Below are positions 51,330-64,000 of a stretch of 64,000 nucleotides of DNA, piece after piece. The DNA comes from the human T2T-CHM13v2.0 reference genome, Homo sapiens, in assembly GCF_009914755.1 (NCBI RefSeq), contig NC_060927.1. One strand, given 5' to 3'. The stretch's first letter is position 1; every line of letters starts with the position of its first letter. A program made the position numbers and the translations under genes. Under the pieces are notes generated by a model that worked only from the letters and a program-made list of their open reading frames with translations, searched no databases and was not told where the DNA came from.

Positions 51330-53710
51330 AAAAGGAGAAAAAAAATCAAAACACAGAAGAAGGCAAAGAGCCTTAAGTCACAGTCTTCAAAATTAAGAGC
51401 GGTTATTGGATTTATCAGATACATAGTATATTTAGTTGAATGGAAATGTTTCAAGTTTCTTATTTCCAAATTTCAAGATCATATATTTCAACATAATGTA
51501 ATGAATATATTTACATTAAAAAATAAAAAAGATATTGAAAATAGGATAAAGAAAAATTTATCAATAGAAAGTGACCAGATAGATCTGTATAAAAAACAAA
51601 TTTAATTTCTAGAAAAGAAAATATTATTCAATGTGACAACTAAATTATTTAAACAGAAGACTAGACCCAGCCAAATATCAAATTATTGAATAAGAATTAA
51701 GAGTTAGATTATTATATGAATGCAGCAGAGTAAAATAAAGAGGCAGAACTTATAACATGGTAGTTAAGGGTTATGAAGAATGAAAAAGGGGGAAAATGTC
51801 TATCATAACCCTAAAGAAATTACCAGAAGAGATGAAAATAAGGAGATAAGAAGTAGAATATTTGAAGAGATCACATTTAAAAAATGTTCCCAATTGATGA
51901 ATGACAATATGGCAGTTTTGTGTTTGGAAATCACTGTGAATCTTGAGGAAAATAAATACTAAAAATCTATGTTGTGGATTCATTGAAATTTTAGAACTCC
52001 AGAGAAAAAAAAAATAAGAATTCTAAATTTGCAGAAAGAAAAGAATGGCAATTTGATAATTCTTATTTTGACAGAACGGAAGCTGAAGATAATGAAATTA
52101 TTTATTTAAAATGCTTAAAATATTATACTCCAGAAATCTAAATCCCATAAAACTATTTTTTTTTCAATGGAATGTTTCAGTCAAAAACTATGGATACATC
52201 ATTGAGAATACTATCAGGAGACACTTGATAAAATTACTTTTGCAAGATGTATTTCAGGAAGATGGTAAATGACCTACAAAAGAAGGATTGACTTGCAGGA
52301 AGAAATGACATGCAAAATAAAATGGTAAACATGAGAAAAGATAGATGAGCCTGACATTTACAGAACAGTAGTAATAAATCATAGTTGGTGGTCAGGTACA
52401 GTGGCTCACGCCTGTAATCCCTGCACTTTGGGAGGCCGATGTGGAAGGATCTCTTGAGCTCAGCAATTCAAGAGCAGCCTAGAAAACACAGTGAGAACCC
52501 TAAAAAAGAATTAGCCAGGCAAGATGGTGGGTGATTATAGTCCCAGCTACTCAGGAAGTTGTGACAGGAGGATCACTTGAGCCCAGTAGTTTGAGGTTGC
52601 AATGAGCTGTTATGGTGCCACTGCACTCCAGTCTAGGCAACAGAATGACACTTAGTCTCTGAAAAATCAAATCAAAATAAAATTTAAAAGATAAATCACA
52701 CTTAGTAAATTTAAAACAAAATTAAAATAATAAACCAGAAGGGTTTATTGAGTTAGTTGAGAAGTGAGATGCCAGACATAATAGCAATTTATTTACTATT
52801 TTTTAGGGGGTGAACTAACTTTAGATTCATTACCCTAAATATGTGTATTTAAATTTATAACATAGCAACAGGAAAAATAGAAAAGCAGTGTATAATTTTC
52901 CAAACAGTGAAGGTAGTGTGGAATCAAAATTCAATTCAGAAATTGACTAAAAACAAAATAAGAGAAAAAGAGGGAAAAGAGCACAAATAACACAATAAAA
53001 ATTAATCTAAATATAATCAGTAAATATATATGTCTAAACTCTCCAGATAATAATTAAAAATTGTCAACTATATGCTGTTTGCAAGATACAAACATAAAAC
53101 ATAAAAACATAGCAAATATTTGAAGTCAAATGGTGGAAAAGTTGTGGAATTTTTAACCAAATATCAACTGTTAACAAAATGTTGGTATCAGACAAAAATA
53201 CTTCAAGGGAAATCATTATAAGAAAAAAACCACTACATAATGATAGAATTTTTATTAGCCAGGATGACATAACAATTCAAAATATATTTCCCTCATAAAG
53301 TAACTTCAAATATAAAACACAAATATTAGTAGAACTATAAGAAGGAATTAATAAGTCTACTAGCATATTATGAGTTTAAAACAATTCTCTCAGTAAATGA
53401 CAGCTCAAACATGAAAATTCAATAAAGCATACATTTAAAGAAATCATTTATGACTGCCATAATATACATGTATAAAAAATGATTTCACAACCTGAAATAA
53501 CGTATGCTTCCTAAAGCACATAGGAAATGTTTTGTCAAATTTTAACCTATTAATCCAAAGAGAAAATCTGCACAATACACTAAGGCATAGGGACATCCAG
53601 ACTACTTGTTCTATACACCAGATGAAGGCATTGAAAATCAATGACATAAAGATAACAAAGAAAAGATCTTTTACTTAAAAACTAAATAACAGATTTTAAA
53701 ATAATACTGA
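51330..53710 (+). mobile_element. Ancient L1 (L1ME/HAL1-like) ORF1 and endonuclease relic
   Basis: A-rich sense strand with gaaatatttgaagag-like ORF1 text and caactatatgctgtttgcaaga (EN domain CCLQE-like region). Confidence 0.55.
52391..52690 (+). mobile_element. AluJ
   Basis: gtcaggtacagtggctcacgcctgtaatcc ... gcactccagtctaggcaacaga. Confidence 0.88.
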
Positions 53711-54969
53711 ATTTATATCTGCAAAATAATATACTAACACCCGTTTAAGTGTTATAACTACAAATATTTAAACAATCTTTACATCATTTATGATCATACC
53801 ACTTTAAATTATAAAATAATAGACTATAGTAAAGTAAATTCACAATATAAATTATTAACTTCATGTAAATATTTTACCAAATTTCATAATGATAAACTGA
53901 AACTTAGCTATTTCAGTTTGTATATTAGTGTGTAAAAATATATTTATATAATAGTTACAGACAAATCAAACATAAAATTAAGGTTTATTTTTTCTATCTT
54001 GTCTAATCTATGATGAAGGTTTTAATTAAAGTCCAAATTAAATGTTTTATAAACAAAATTTCTCAAATGAAAATTATTTTAAACACTATTAATACATGTG
54101 AATATTTTTTCTCCCTTACAATAGCTCTAAATCATAATACCCTGTATAACTTAAAATTTATTCTAGGCGCTCTTCATTGAATTTTTGAAATAATTTTTAT
54201 TCATTGAAAATGAGACAATAATATCATGGACACAAACATTTAAAAATTGGCCACACTTCAGTAAATCTTAACATTATGCCTTATTTGTTTTAGATCTTTA
54301 AGAAACAAAACCAAAAATTCAATATAAAACATACAAATGAGGCCCCATTTCCTCTTTCCTTTCCAATTTTGCTTTGCTGGGAGGAAATCAATTGAGCAGT
54401 TTTCATATTTTTGCTACTATGAACAAAACATGATGTTATGAACTTCTTGTGCAAATTTATTGAAGCACGTTTGTGAGTTCCTCAAGGTTGCGCACATAGA
54501 AGAGGAAATACTAAGCCATGGTGTTTGAACATTTTCACCTTTACTAGATATTATAGATACTGCTCTTGAAAAGGTTGTATCTGTGTTCACTCATTCAATA
54601 GTGTATAAGATTTTTTTTTCTTCTTCCTTTTCACTAACATTTGCTATTTTTTAGAGTTAAAACTCTGTCCAATAAAATGGTGGATAAATATTATCGTATC
54701 ATGTTAATTTAGTTAACTACTTCTAGTTTGAGGTGGTTATTGTAGTTTGTTGCAGATCAAAGATGGTCACGAACTCTGAATCTGCTACCAATGTTGAAAA
54801 ATAATAGTGCTAGCGGAGCTTCTGATCTTTTCTCTGACATAATGAATGAATTCTAGAAAGCTTCCAATTATTAAAATAGTTTCCCATGATTTTAGAAGAC
54901 GTTTCATATAAGATTATGAAGCATTGTGTATGTGCACATTTTGCTAAGTGTGTATAATTAAAGAGTGAT

Positions 54970-55316
<347 letters not shown>

Positions 55317-55794
55317 TTAAAATGGTGCATTGCATTAATTTTCTACACTAAAGCATCCTTACATTCCTAAAATAACTGTCTTTAGTTATGATTTATCATA
55401 CTTCACCTAATCTAGCATGCCACTGATTTTGAGGTTTTGTTATTTAATAAACCTCTAAGGAATAACAACAAAAATAAATAGCACAATTTAAATTACCCAA
55501 TAATTTTGCATCATGCAGAAGTATTATTTCACACTTATTGAAGGATGTTAAATTTATATAAATACAGATTTGTTTTACTTATAAAACTTTTGCGTATGTA
55601 AATAAATAATTTTCTTAGTATATTTTATTTACTTATTTTACATTCTGAGTCAGATGTATTGTAGTAACAAACTAAATCACATATTTATCTATCTGTGGAA
55701 ATTTTTATTTCTTAGGTCTCATAAAATACTTAGTTGTTTTGAAAACAATAGTGGTCATATCTTCAATAATAAATCTTTGCTTCGCACATATTTA

Positions 55795-57032
<1,238 letters not shown>

Positions 57033-57104
57033 TAATTCTTTCTGAATTAATTTGTTTCTATACCTCTAATATAAACAATAACTTTTGTTCAAAAGCTAAT
57101 ACAT

Positions 57105-58535
57105 TTTGTATTATTTTATTTTTTGTAACTTTTATGTTAGATTCAAGGATAAATATGCAGGTTTATTATATAGGTGAATTGTGTGTTGTAAGGATTTTGT
57201 GTACAGATTATTTTGACTCCTAGGAAATAAGCACAGAACCCAATAGTTTTTTTTTTATCTTCACCCTCCTACCCTCCACCTTCAAATAGGTCCTGGTGAC
57301 TGTTTTTCCCTTCTTTGTGTCCTTAGGTACTCAATGTTTAGCTTGGACTTATATATAAGAACATGTGGTATTTGGTTTTCTGTTTCTGTGATAGTTACCT
57401 TAGGATAATGTCATCCAGCTCCATTCATGTTCCTGCAGAGAACATAATCTCATTCTTTATATGGCTGCATAGTATTCGTGGTGCATATATACCACGTTTT
57501 CTTTATCCAGTCTACCATTGATGGGCATCCAGGTAGATTCTATGGCTTTGCTATTGTGAACAGTGCTGTGGTGAACACACACATGCATGTGTCTTTATGG
57601 TAGAATGATTTATATTCCTTTAGGTATATACCCAATGGGATTGCTGGGTCAAATGATAATTCTGTTTTAATTTCTTTGAGAAATTGCCAAACTGCTTTCC
57701 ACATGGCTGATCTAATTTACATTCCCGCCAACAGTGTGTAAGTGTTCCCTTTTCTCTTCAACCTTGTAGCATCTGTTACTTTTTTACTCTTTAGTAATAA
57801 CCATTCTGACTGGTATGAGATATTATCTCATTTTTGATTTGCATTTCTCTAATGATTAGTGATGTTGAGCATATTTTCATATGCTCGTGGGCTGCATGTA
57901 TCTCTTTTTTTGAGAAGTGTCTGTTCATATCCTTTGCCTACTTTTTAATTAAGTTGTTTGTTTTTTACTTGTAAATTTGCTTAAGTTCCTTACAGATTTT
58001 GCATATTAAACCTCTATTGGGTGCATAGTTTGCAAATATTTTCTCCCATTCTGTAGTCTTTTGCTGTGCAGAACCTCTTATTTTAATTATATCCTATTTG
58101 TCAATTTTTGTTTTTGCTGGAATTGCTTTTGGCATCTTTGTCATGAAATCTTTGCTAGGTCCTATGTCCAGAATGGTATTTCCTATGTTATCTTTTAGAA
58201 TTTTTATAGTTTTAGGTTTTACATTTGAATCTTTGATCCATTTTCAGTTAATTTTTGCATATGGTATAAGAAAGGGATCCAATTTTAGTCTTTGGCGTAT
58301 TACTAGCCTCTTATCACAGCATCATTTATTGAATCTGGAGTCCTTTCGCCATTGCTTGTTTTTGTTGACATTGTCAAAGATCAGATGGTTGTAGGTGTGT
58401 GGCATTATTTCTGGGTTCTCTATTATGTTACATTAATCTATGTGTGTATTTTTGTATCAGTACCACTATGTTTTGGTTATTGTAGCCCTGTAATGTATTT
58501 TAAAGTCTGATAATTTGATGCCTCTAGATTTCTTG
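57105..58535 (-). mobile_element. L1PA15/16-like 3' fragment
   Basis: T-rich tail, then L1 3'UTR and ORF2 end (gggattgctgggtcaaatg; ccattctgactggtatgagat; gtcaaagatcagatggttgtagg). Confidence 0.85.
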
Positions 58536-59231
58536 TTGAATTTATTTTAAATTGCAAATCATCTTGAGAGATGAAGTTCCAACATTAAAAATTAATACAA
58601 AATCTAAAGTGAGAGTAATAAAAGCAGTTGTTAACAAGGTCAGGCATGGCATGTGTGGTTCATGGGAACTACTTACAAATTTAGCAATAGTTAACATAGG
58701 CATCCCTTTAATATCTGCAAGGATTGAACAGACATACAAAAGGATGTGCATTTACCATATGCATACATATCAAAGATGTAAATTAACCTAATAAGCTATT
58801 AAATATAACAGATTCTATCATCCTACTTGACAGTTACGATTTCATAAAGAAAAAAATGAAAACATATGTAAAGCTGCTTTTATACAATTAAAATTTAGCA
58901 AATTACCAAATTCTGAATTTAGTTTTGTGCATTCTTTGGAGTCTCTTAATGAGAAGATTTTCTGCACTAAAGTGAAAACTATAAATCATAATTGATAAAT
59001 ATAAAAATTCTAATTATATTTTGAATAAATATGAAATCATTTATTTTACTACAATCAAATTGTATTAGATACTAAAAATATGTTCACAGTTTTAGTATTC
59101 AAATACATCTAGCATCCTATGCAAAATATTGGTATCACACATATGAATGTCACACTTAGGTCTATTCAAGACATTTGAAGTTACTCTAACGTTTTATCAC
59201 CACAAAATATTCTTTAGCTTTGATGTACAAT

Positions 59232-59782
59232 TGTTACTAAAAAGCAGTCCTGATCCAGACTGGAAGAGAGGGTTCTAGGATCTCATGCAATAAATAATTT
59301 GGGTGGGCCCACAGAGGAAAGTGAAAGCAAATTTGTTAAGAAAGTGAAGGAATAAAAGAATGGCTACCACATAGGCAGAGCAGCTCCAAGGACTGCTGGT
59401 TGCCCATTTTTAAGGTTATTTCTTGATTATATGTGAAACAAAGGGTGGATTATTTATCCACCATGTAGTTACCATATAGGGTAACCTCGTGATGTTGTCA
59501 TGGCATTTGTAAACTGTTATAACGCTGGTGGGAATGTAGCAGTAAGGACAACCAGAGGGCACTTTCATCCCCATCTTGATTTTGGTGGTTTTTAGCTGGC
59601 TTCTGTACTTCAACTTTTTTTATTAGCAAGGTCCTTATGGCCTGTATTTTGTGCCAAATTCCTGTCTCATCCTGTGAATTAGAATGCCTTCACCATCTGG
59701 AAATGCAGTCCAGTAGGTCTCCGCCTTATTTTACCCATCCCCTATTCAAGATGGAGTTGCTCTGGTTCAAACCCCTGTGACA
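59232..59782 (-). mobile_element. MER41A-like (ERV1) solo LTR
   Basis: 551 bp, TG...CA termini, TSD CAAT/CAGT. Ends cccctattcaagatggagttgctctggttcaaac. Lacks the tandem GAS block of MER41B. Confidence 0.85.
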
Positions 59783-59944
59783 CAGTTGTTTCATATGCTA
59801 CTAAACCAGAAATTGAAACTGGAAGAGAAACAACAAAATGGGTGTTCAGCACAAATAAGAAGTGACACTCTGTTATATAAGAATCAGTTGCATCCATGCT
59901 ATTCTAGAGGTAAGATGTGACAAATTAATTCATCTGCCTTTTCT

Positions 59945-60380
59945 CTTACTGCTTTGGTTTTCTATTGTTGCTCTAATAATTGCTACAAACTTAAAGGCTT
60001 CAAAGCAAATTTATTATCTGACCTACACAGTTCTGTAGGTCAGAAATCCAACATAGATTGAACAGGGCTTTGTTTCTTTCAAGAGGTATTGGTGGAGAAT
60101 CCACTTCCTTGCCTTTTCTCTTTTCCAGGACTATTGGTGGTTCATTGTCTCCTTCCTCCATCTCAGAAAGCCACATTGTTTCATTTCTCTAACCCTTTCA
60201 CCACAGATATCTTTCTCTTTGATCCCATCTGGGAAAGGGCTCTGCTTTCAGAGACTCATGTGATTAGTGTGGGCACACCTAGGTCATCCAGCATAATCTC
60301 CCCATGTCCAGGATTTTGTAATTACACCTACAAAATATCTTTTGTCATGAGTCTGTCATGGCAAATGCCTACCACATTTA
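59945..60380 (-). mobile_element. MLT1-type MaLR LTR
   Basis: aaatttattatct...cagttctgtaggtcagaaatcca ... ggagaatcc..ttccttgccttttc ... ccagcataatctccccat. Confidence 0.7.
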
Positions 60381-60914
60381 CATAGGCCCTTTTGCTACAA
60401 ATCCTTCCCATACCCTAAAGCAGTGTTTATTTCTAACATTCATAGCAGCAGATCCCAGCCATATTCATAGCACTCAGATATAATAACATTGGTTTCAAGG
60501 AAAAGAGATGTAGACAAGTGTTATCTTGGGACCTGAATGTTTTTAGTCCAAGAACAGAAGTTATGTTTATTAGTTTGTGTAGTGGTAATGCTGAGCACTA
60601 CATCATAATGACAGAACTCTCCAGATTTTCTTTAAAGACTTGAATTTTTGTATTTGTGATATATAGGATTCATTAAGGGATAGGACTCAGAACTTTTAAG
60701 GTGATCTGGGTCTAAGCAGACTATTAAATATAAGAACAGGGTTGCTATAAACAAGATGCCTCCTTTGAAATAGTGAGAAACCAATAGATTGAAGAAATCA
60801 TCCCTAGTTTATTTACCATGTGTTAGAGTCATCTCAGTGGTTTGCTGCTATTCCCAGATCTCTTCTTTCTAGGTACATGTTAAAATTGTACTTCACTGAC
60901 TCTTTCAAGTTGGT

Positions 60915-61617
60915 GTTAGTTCAGAAACTGAAGGTTTAGGCTGGGTGTGGAAACTCACGCCTGTAATCCCAACACTATGGGAGGATTGCCTGAGCCCAGG
61001 AGTTTGAGACCACTCTGGGGAATATGGTGAGATCCTATCTCAATTTATTTAAAAAGATAAAAAGGTGGAAACTGTTGGTTCTGAGATTTTACTCTATTTG
61101 CAAGATAACAAGTTAGCCTGCCTGCGGAGTTTTATATCTATATGCTAACAGAAAATCTGAGGCCTCTGGATCAGAGACAAAAACAGTTTGTTCCTAATGG
61201 AAAAAGCTGCAGAAGCCAGAATAGTATCATAGTCTCTGTTCCCAAGCCCCAATTCATACAATATAATATGGTGAGGGCTAGATTGTATTTGCACGTGCAT
61301 TGGACTGTACAAGAGAAACTCTTTTAGTTTAGGAGATTCTGATCTTGTATAGGGTTATTAATAATATGCCCATCTTTACCACTGGGAGAGAGAGAGAGAG
61401 ACCTTATCTTTACACTGAAAGGTAAGCTAATCTTCTCCAGAAATAAAAAGAAAATATCTTTATCTTTACTACCCTGGAATAGCTTCAAAGAGAAAGACAT
61501 CTCTAAAGTTTACTACCCTTTAATATATCATTGTGCTAACGTCCTTAACTTAGCTATAAATGCCTTTTTTTTATTATGCAGAAATGTGAGATAATCCAGG
61601 AGAATTATCTCTCAACA
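60915..61617 (-). mobile_element. LTR40-like (ERVL) LTR with a FLAM monomer at about 60938-61060
   Basis: Minus strand starts TGTTGAGAGATAATTCTCC. Contains ctgagattttactctatttgcaagataacaagttagcctgcc. Confidence 0.6.
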
Positions 61618-61988
61618 GTTAGGCATGATCTTATGACCTATTTGGTTAATAAATTACAAATGGAAATAGTCTGTAATACTTCCAGATGGAATCTTTTAAG
61701 AATCAGTGTGTGACTCACTATGTCCTTCCTCTTTCCTGAGTGACATGATACTTGCCAGAATTACTATAACATGAAACAAAGACTATAATAATTTGGGACT
61801 TGTGCATAAAGACAACAAACAAACAAAACAAACATATTTTTTATTTGAGTTACTGAAACATAATTGAACCTATTCTGATTTATACAACATAAAAATTAAG
61901 TGCCATGTTCTCTGAGTTATGACTCAATCTACTTTTTCGGTCTTCTGATACATATTATTATTTTACTTAAAGATAGCAAACTCAAATA

Positions 61989-62316
61989 CAGTCAGTCCTC
62001 AATTTATAATGCTTTGACTTGTGTTTTTTTAAATTTACAATAGTGTGAAGCAATATGCTTTGAGTATAAATTATACTCCAGTACAGTATTCAGTAGATTA
62101 CATGAGATATTCAACACTTTATAATAAAATAAGCTTTCTGTTAAGATGATTTTGCCCAACTATACTCTAAAGTAAGTGTTCTGAGCATGCTTAAGATAGG
62201 TTAGGCTAAACTATGATGTTCTGTAGGTTAGGTGTGCAAAATACATTTTTATTAAAATATTTGAACTTGTAACGAGTTATTAGGACTTAACCCTATCATA
62301 ACTTGAGGAGCTTCTG
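61989..62316 (-). mobile_element. MER47A-like (Tigger-derived) MITE
   Basis: TA-flanked, TIR-like ends cagtcagtcctcaatttat / ataacttgaggagcttctg. Contains gatgattttgcccaact and gtaagtgttctgagca. Confidence 0.78.
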
Positions 62317-62429
62317 TATTCACCATTCTTGAAAGTATTTAGAAATTACATGCATTCTTTTCCTTTGCTCAGAGTGATCCTTTGTCTTACCTATTCGTAT
62401 CTCCAGTAGTAAAATCCATCTTATCTTTC

Positions 62430-63522
62430 TGACACAATGTCTCTCGGTCACTTTGCCAGCCAGAGACTTTCAGCTGGTGATGCCCCTGCCCAGGCCTTGC
62501 TCAAGCCCAGGTTCACTGCAGGAGATGCCTTGTCTACTTGTCCCATGGGACTGCACCTGGCTTTCACTCTGGCAAGGATCCTGTGGCTGCTGAGGCAGTG
62601 CCTTCAGCCCCTGGCAGGAGATGGTGTGTTAGTGAGCAAGTGAGGGGTCCAGCTGGCTGTTCAAAGAGGTGTCACAGGAGCGGGCTCTGTGTGAGGCTTG
62701 TGGCTAGACCAGGCATGTCACAAGCACCTCCCATGGTAGAATCTGGCATCCAGATCAGGGGAACATGGTAGCACTCAGGCAGGGTTGCCCATGACCCTCA
62801 AGCCCTAGAGAGGGTTTTGCAGCATCCTAATTAGCTCTTATAGTCTCTCTGCCTACAGCCTGATAATGGTGGCGTGTTAACAGCTCTGTCAGCCTTTTCC
62901 CCGCACCACCCTGTGGCTCTAGGGCTGGCTCGGCCCCAGCGCTGCTTCCCTTCACATGGGGCAGCTTCCCTCCACAGGCAGAGGGCAGAGGGCTACAGTA
63001 TTACAGCCTTCTTTGTACCCACATTTGATGGGTACTGAGTTCTTGTCCTGTGTCCAAGAAGAATGAGGATACACTGATATTTGGAGGGAGAGGAGGGTGG
63101 AGAAGAATTTTATTGAGTGATGAAATAGCTCTCAGCAGAGAGGGGATGTGAAGGTGGTCTCTCACCCAGAGTCTGGTGGTCTTTCTCCATGTGGCTGGGT
63201 CTGGGGCTTTTACGGGATCAGAATGAAGAGTGCATGCTGATTTGTTTGTGAGTATGCAAAAAAGGCTAAAACAAAGCCACCACTCAAAGAGGGGCACAAC
63301 CATGTAAAAAACCAATTAGGGAAGGGTAGGTATATGTAAAATAGGTGAAGGGTAGGGATCAATGAAAGGAAATTGCACCAAACAGGAAGAGAGATTCAAT
63401 CTGGTCCGTGGATTCACCTGGCACTTGTAGCTTGGCTTTAAATTGTCTTCGACTTGAAGGTCAGGGTTCACTGGAGACCCACCCTTGTCTGCCTAGGATT
63501 TGTCTGCCTCTTGCTGCTATAG
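62430..63522 (-). mobile_element. ERV1 solo LTR, about 1.09 kb (LTR28/LTR27-like)
   Basis: GC-rich island bounded by 4-bp TSD TTTC (62426-62429 / 63523-63526). Minus-strand AATAAA at about 63109-63114. Confidence 0.7.
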
Positions 63523-64000
63523 TTTCAAGACAAAGATTGTGTCACTTTTTAAACAAAGTCTTATACTATTTTCTCTAGAAATGTTATAACTTTTAAGCAT
63601 GCCACTACTTGATAATTATATTTTATATATTTTTTCAAATTCTGCTTTTTTTCATAATCGTATATAAAAATCTCTGGTACTGCTGATCAGGAGCTATACC
63701 AAAAAACTAAGAACGAGATTTTGTACCAATAGAAATTAAGAAATGCTTAGTGAGTTGCATGATCTTCAGTTAACATGGTTGTAAGCTTCTAAAAGGTATA
63801 CAAAATAATTTTCTAATAAATGAGTTAAAAGTATTCTTTGTTTTATATGAAGAGTCTGCATTTCTTATACACATTTATATTGTTATAAATTGAAGACATC
63901 TAAATTGCAGCATGGATATGTATTTATGATAAACCCCAAATTATTGATGCGTTAAGATAATGTTTGCATGTATGCCAGACAAGAATAGAAATTCAGATGA

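Noticed and set aside
59232-59782. MER41 as an interferon-gamma/STAT1 enhancer
   Set aside because: Length and sequence fit MER41A. The tandem TTCCNGGAA block of MER41B is absent at the expected position (about 59455).

Overview
AT-rich, gene-poor primate DNA (hominoid-like, probably human). I can support no cellular protein-coding exon, RNA gene or prokaryotic feature. The ORFs in the track are decayed retroviral or L1 frames, Alu/LTR read-throughs or chance ORFs. The window is dominated by transposable elements, with a dense ERV1 cluster in the first 30 kb. The cluster holds two minus-strand LTR12 (HERV9) LTRs, an LTR2-family solo LTR, and a two-LTR HERV-H provirus (9272-15071, +). A second HERV-H (19627-~24052, -) has lost its 5' LTR and faces the first tail-to-tail, giving a multi-kb inverted repeat. 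A HERV-H/F-like solo LTR sits inside an internally deleted L1PB. The rest is L1, Alu, MIR/L2, MaLR, LTR8A, MER41A, LTR40, LTR28-like and Tigger-family relics. I found no convincing new biological system. The most interesting signals are the convergent HERV-H pair, a hairpin found only in the 5' LTR, a back-to-back LTR12/LTR7 pair, a probable micro 3'-transduction and a possible Gypsy-like fossil. Family names are from recalled consensus sequences, not from a database search.
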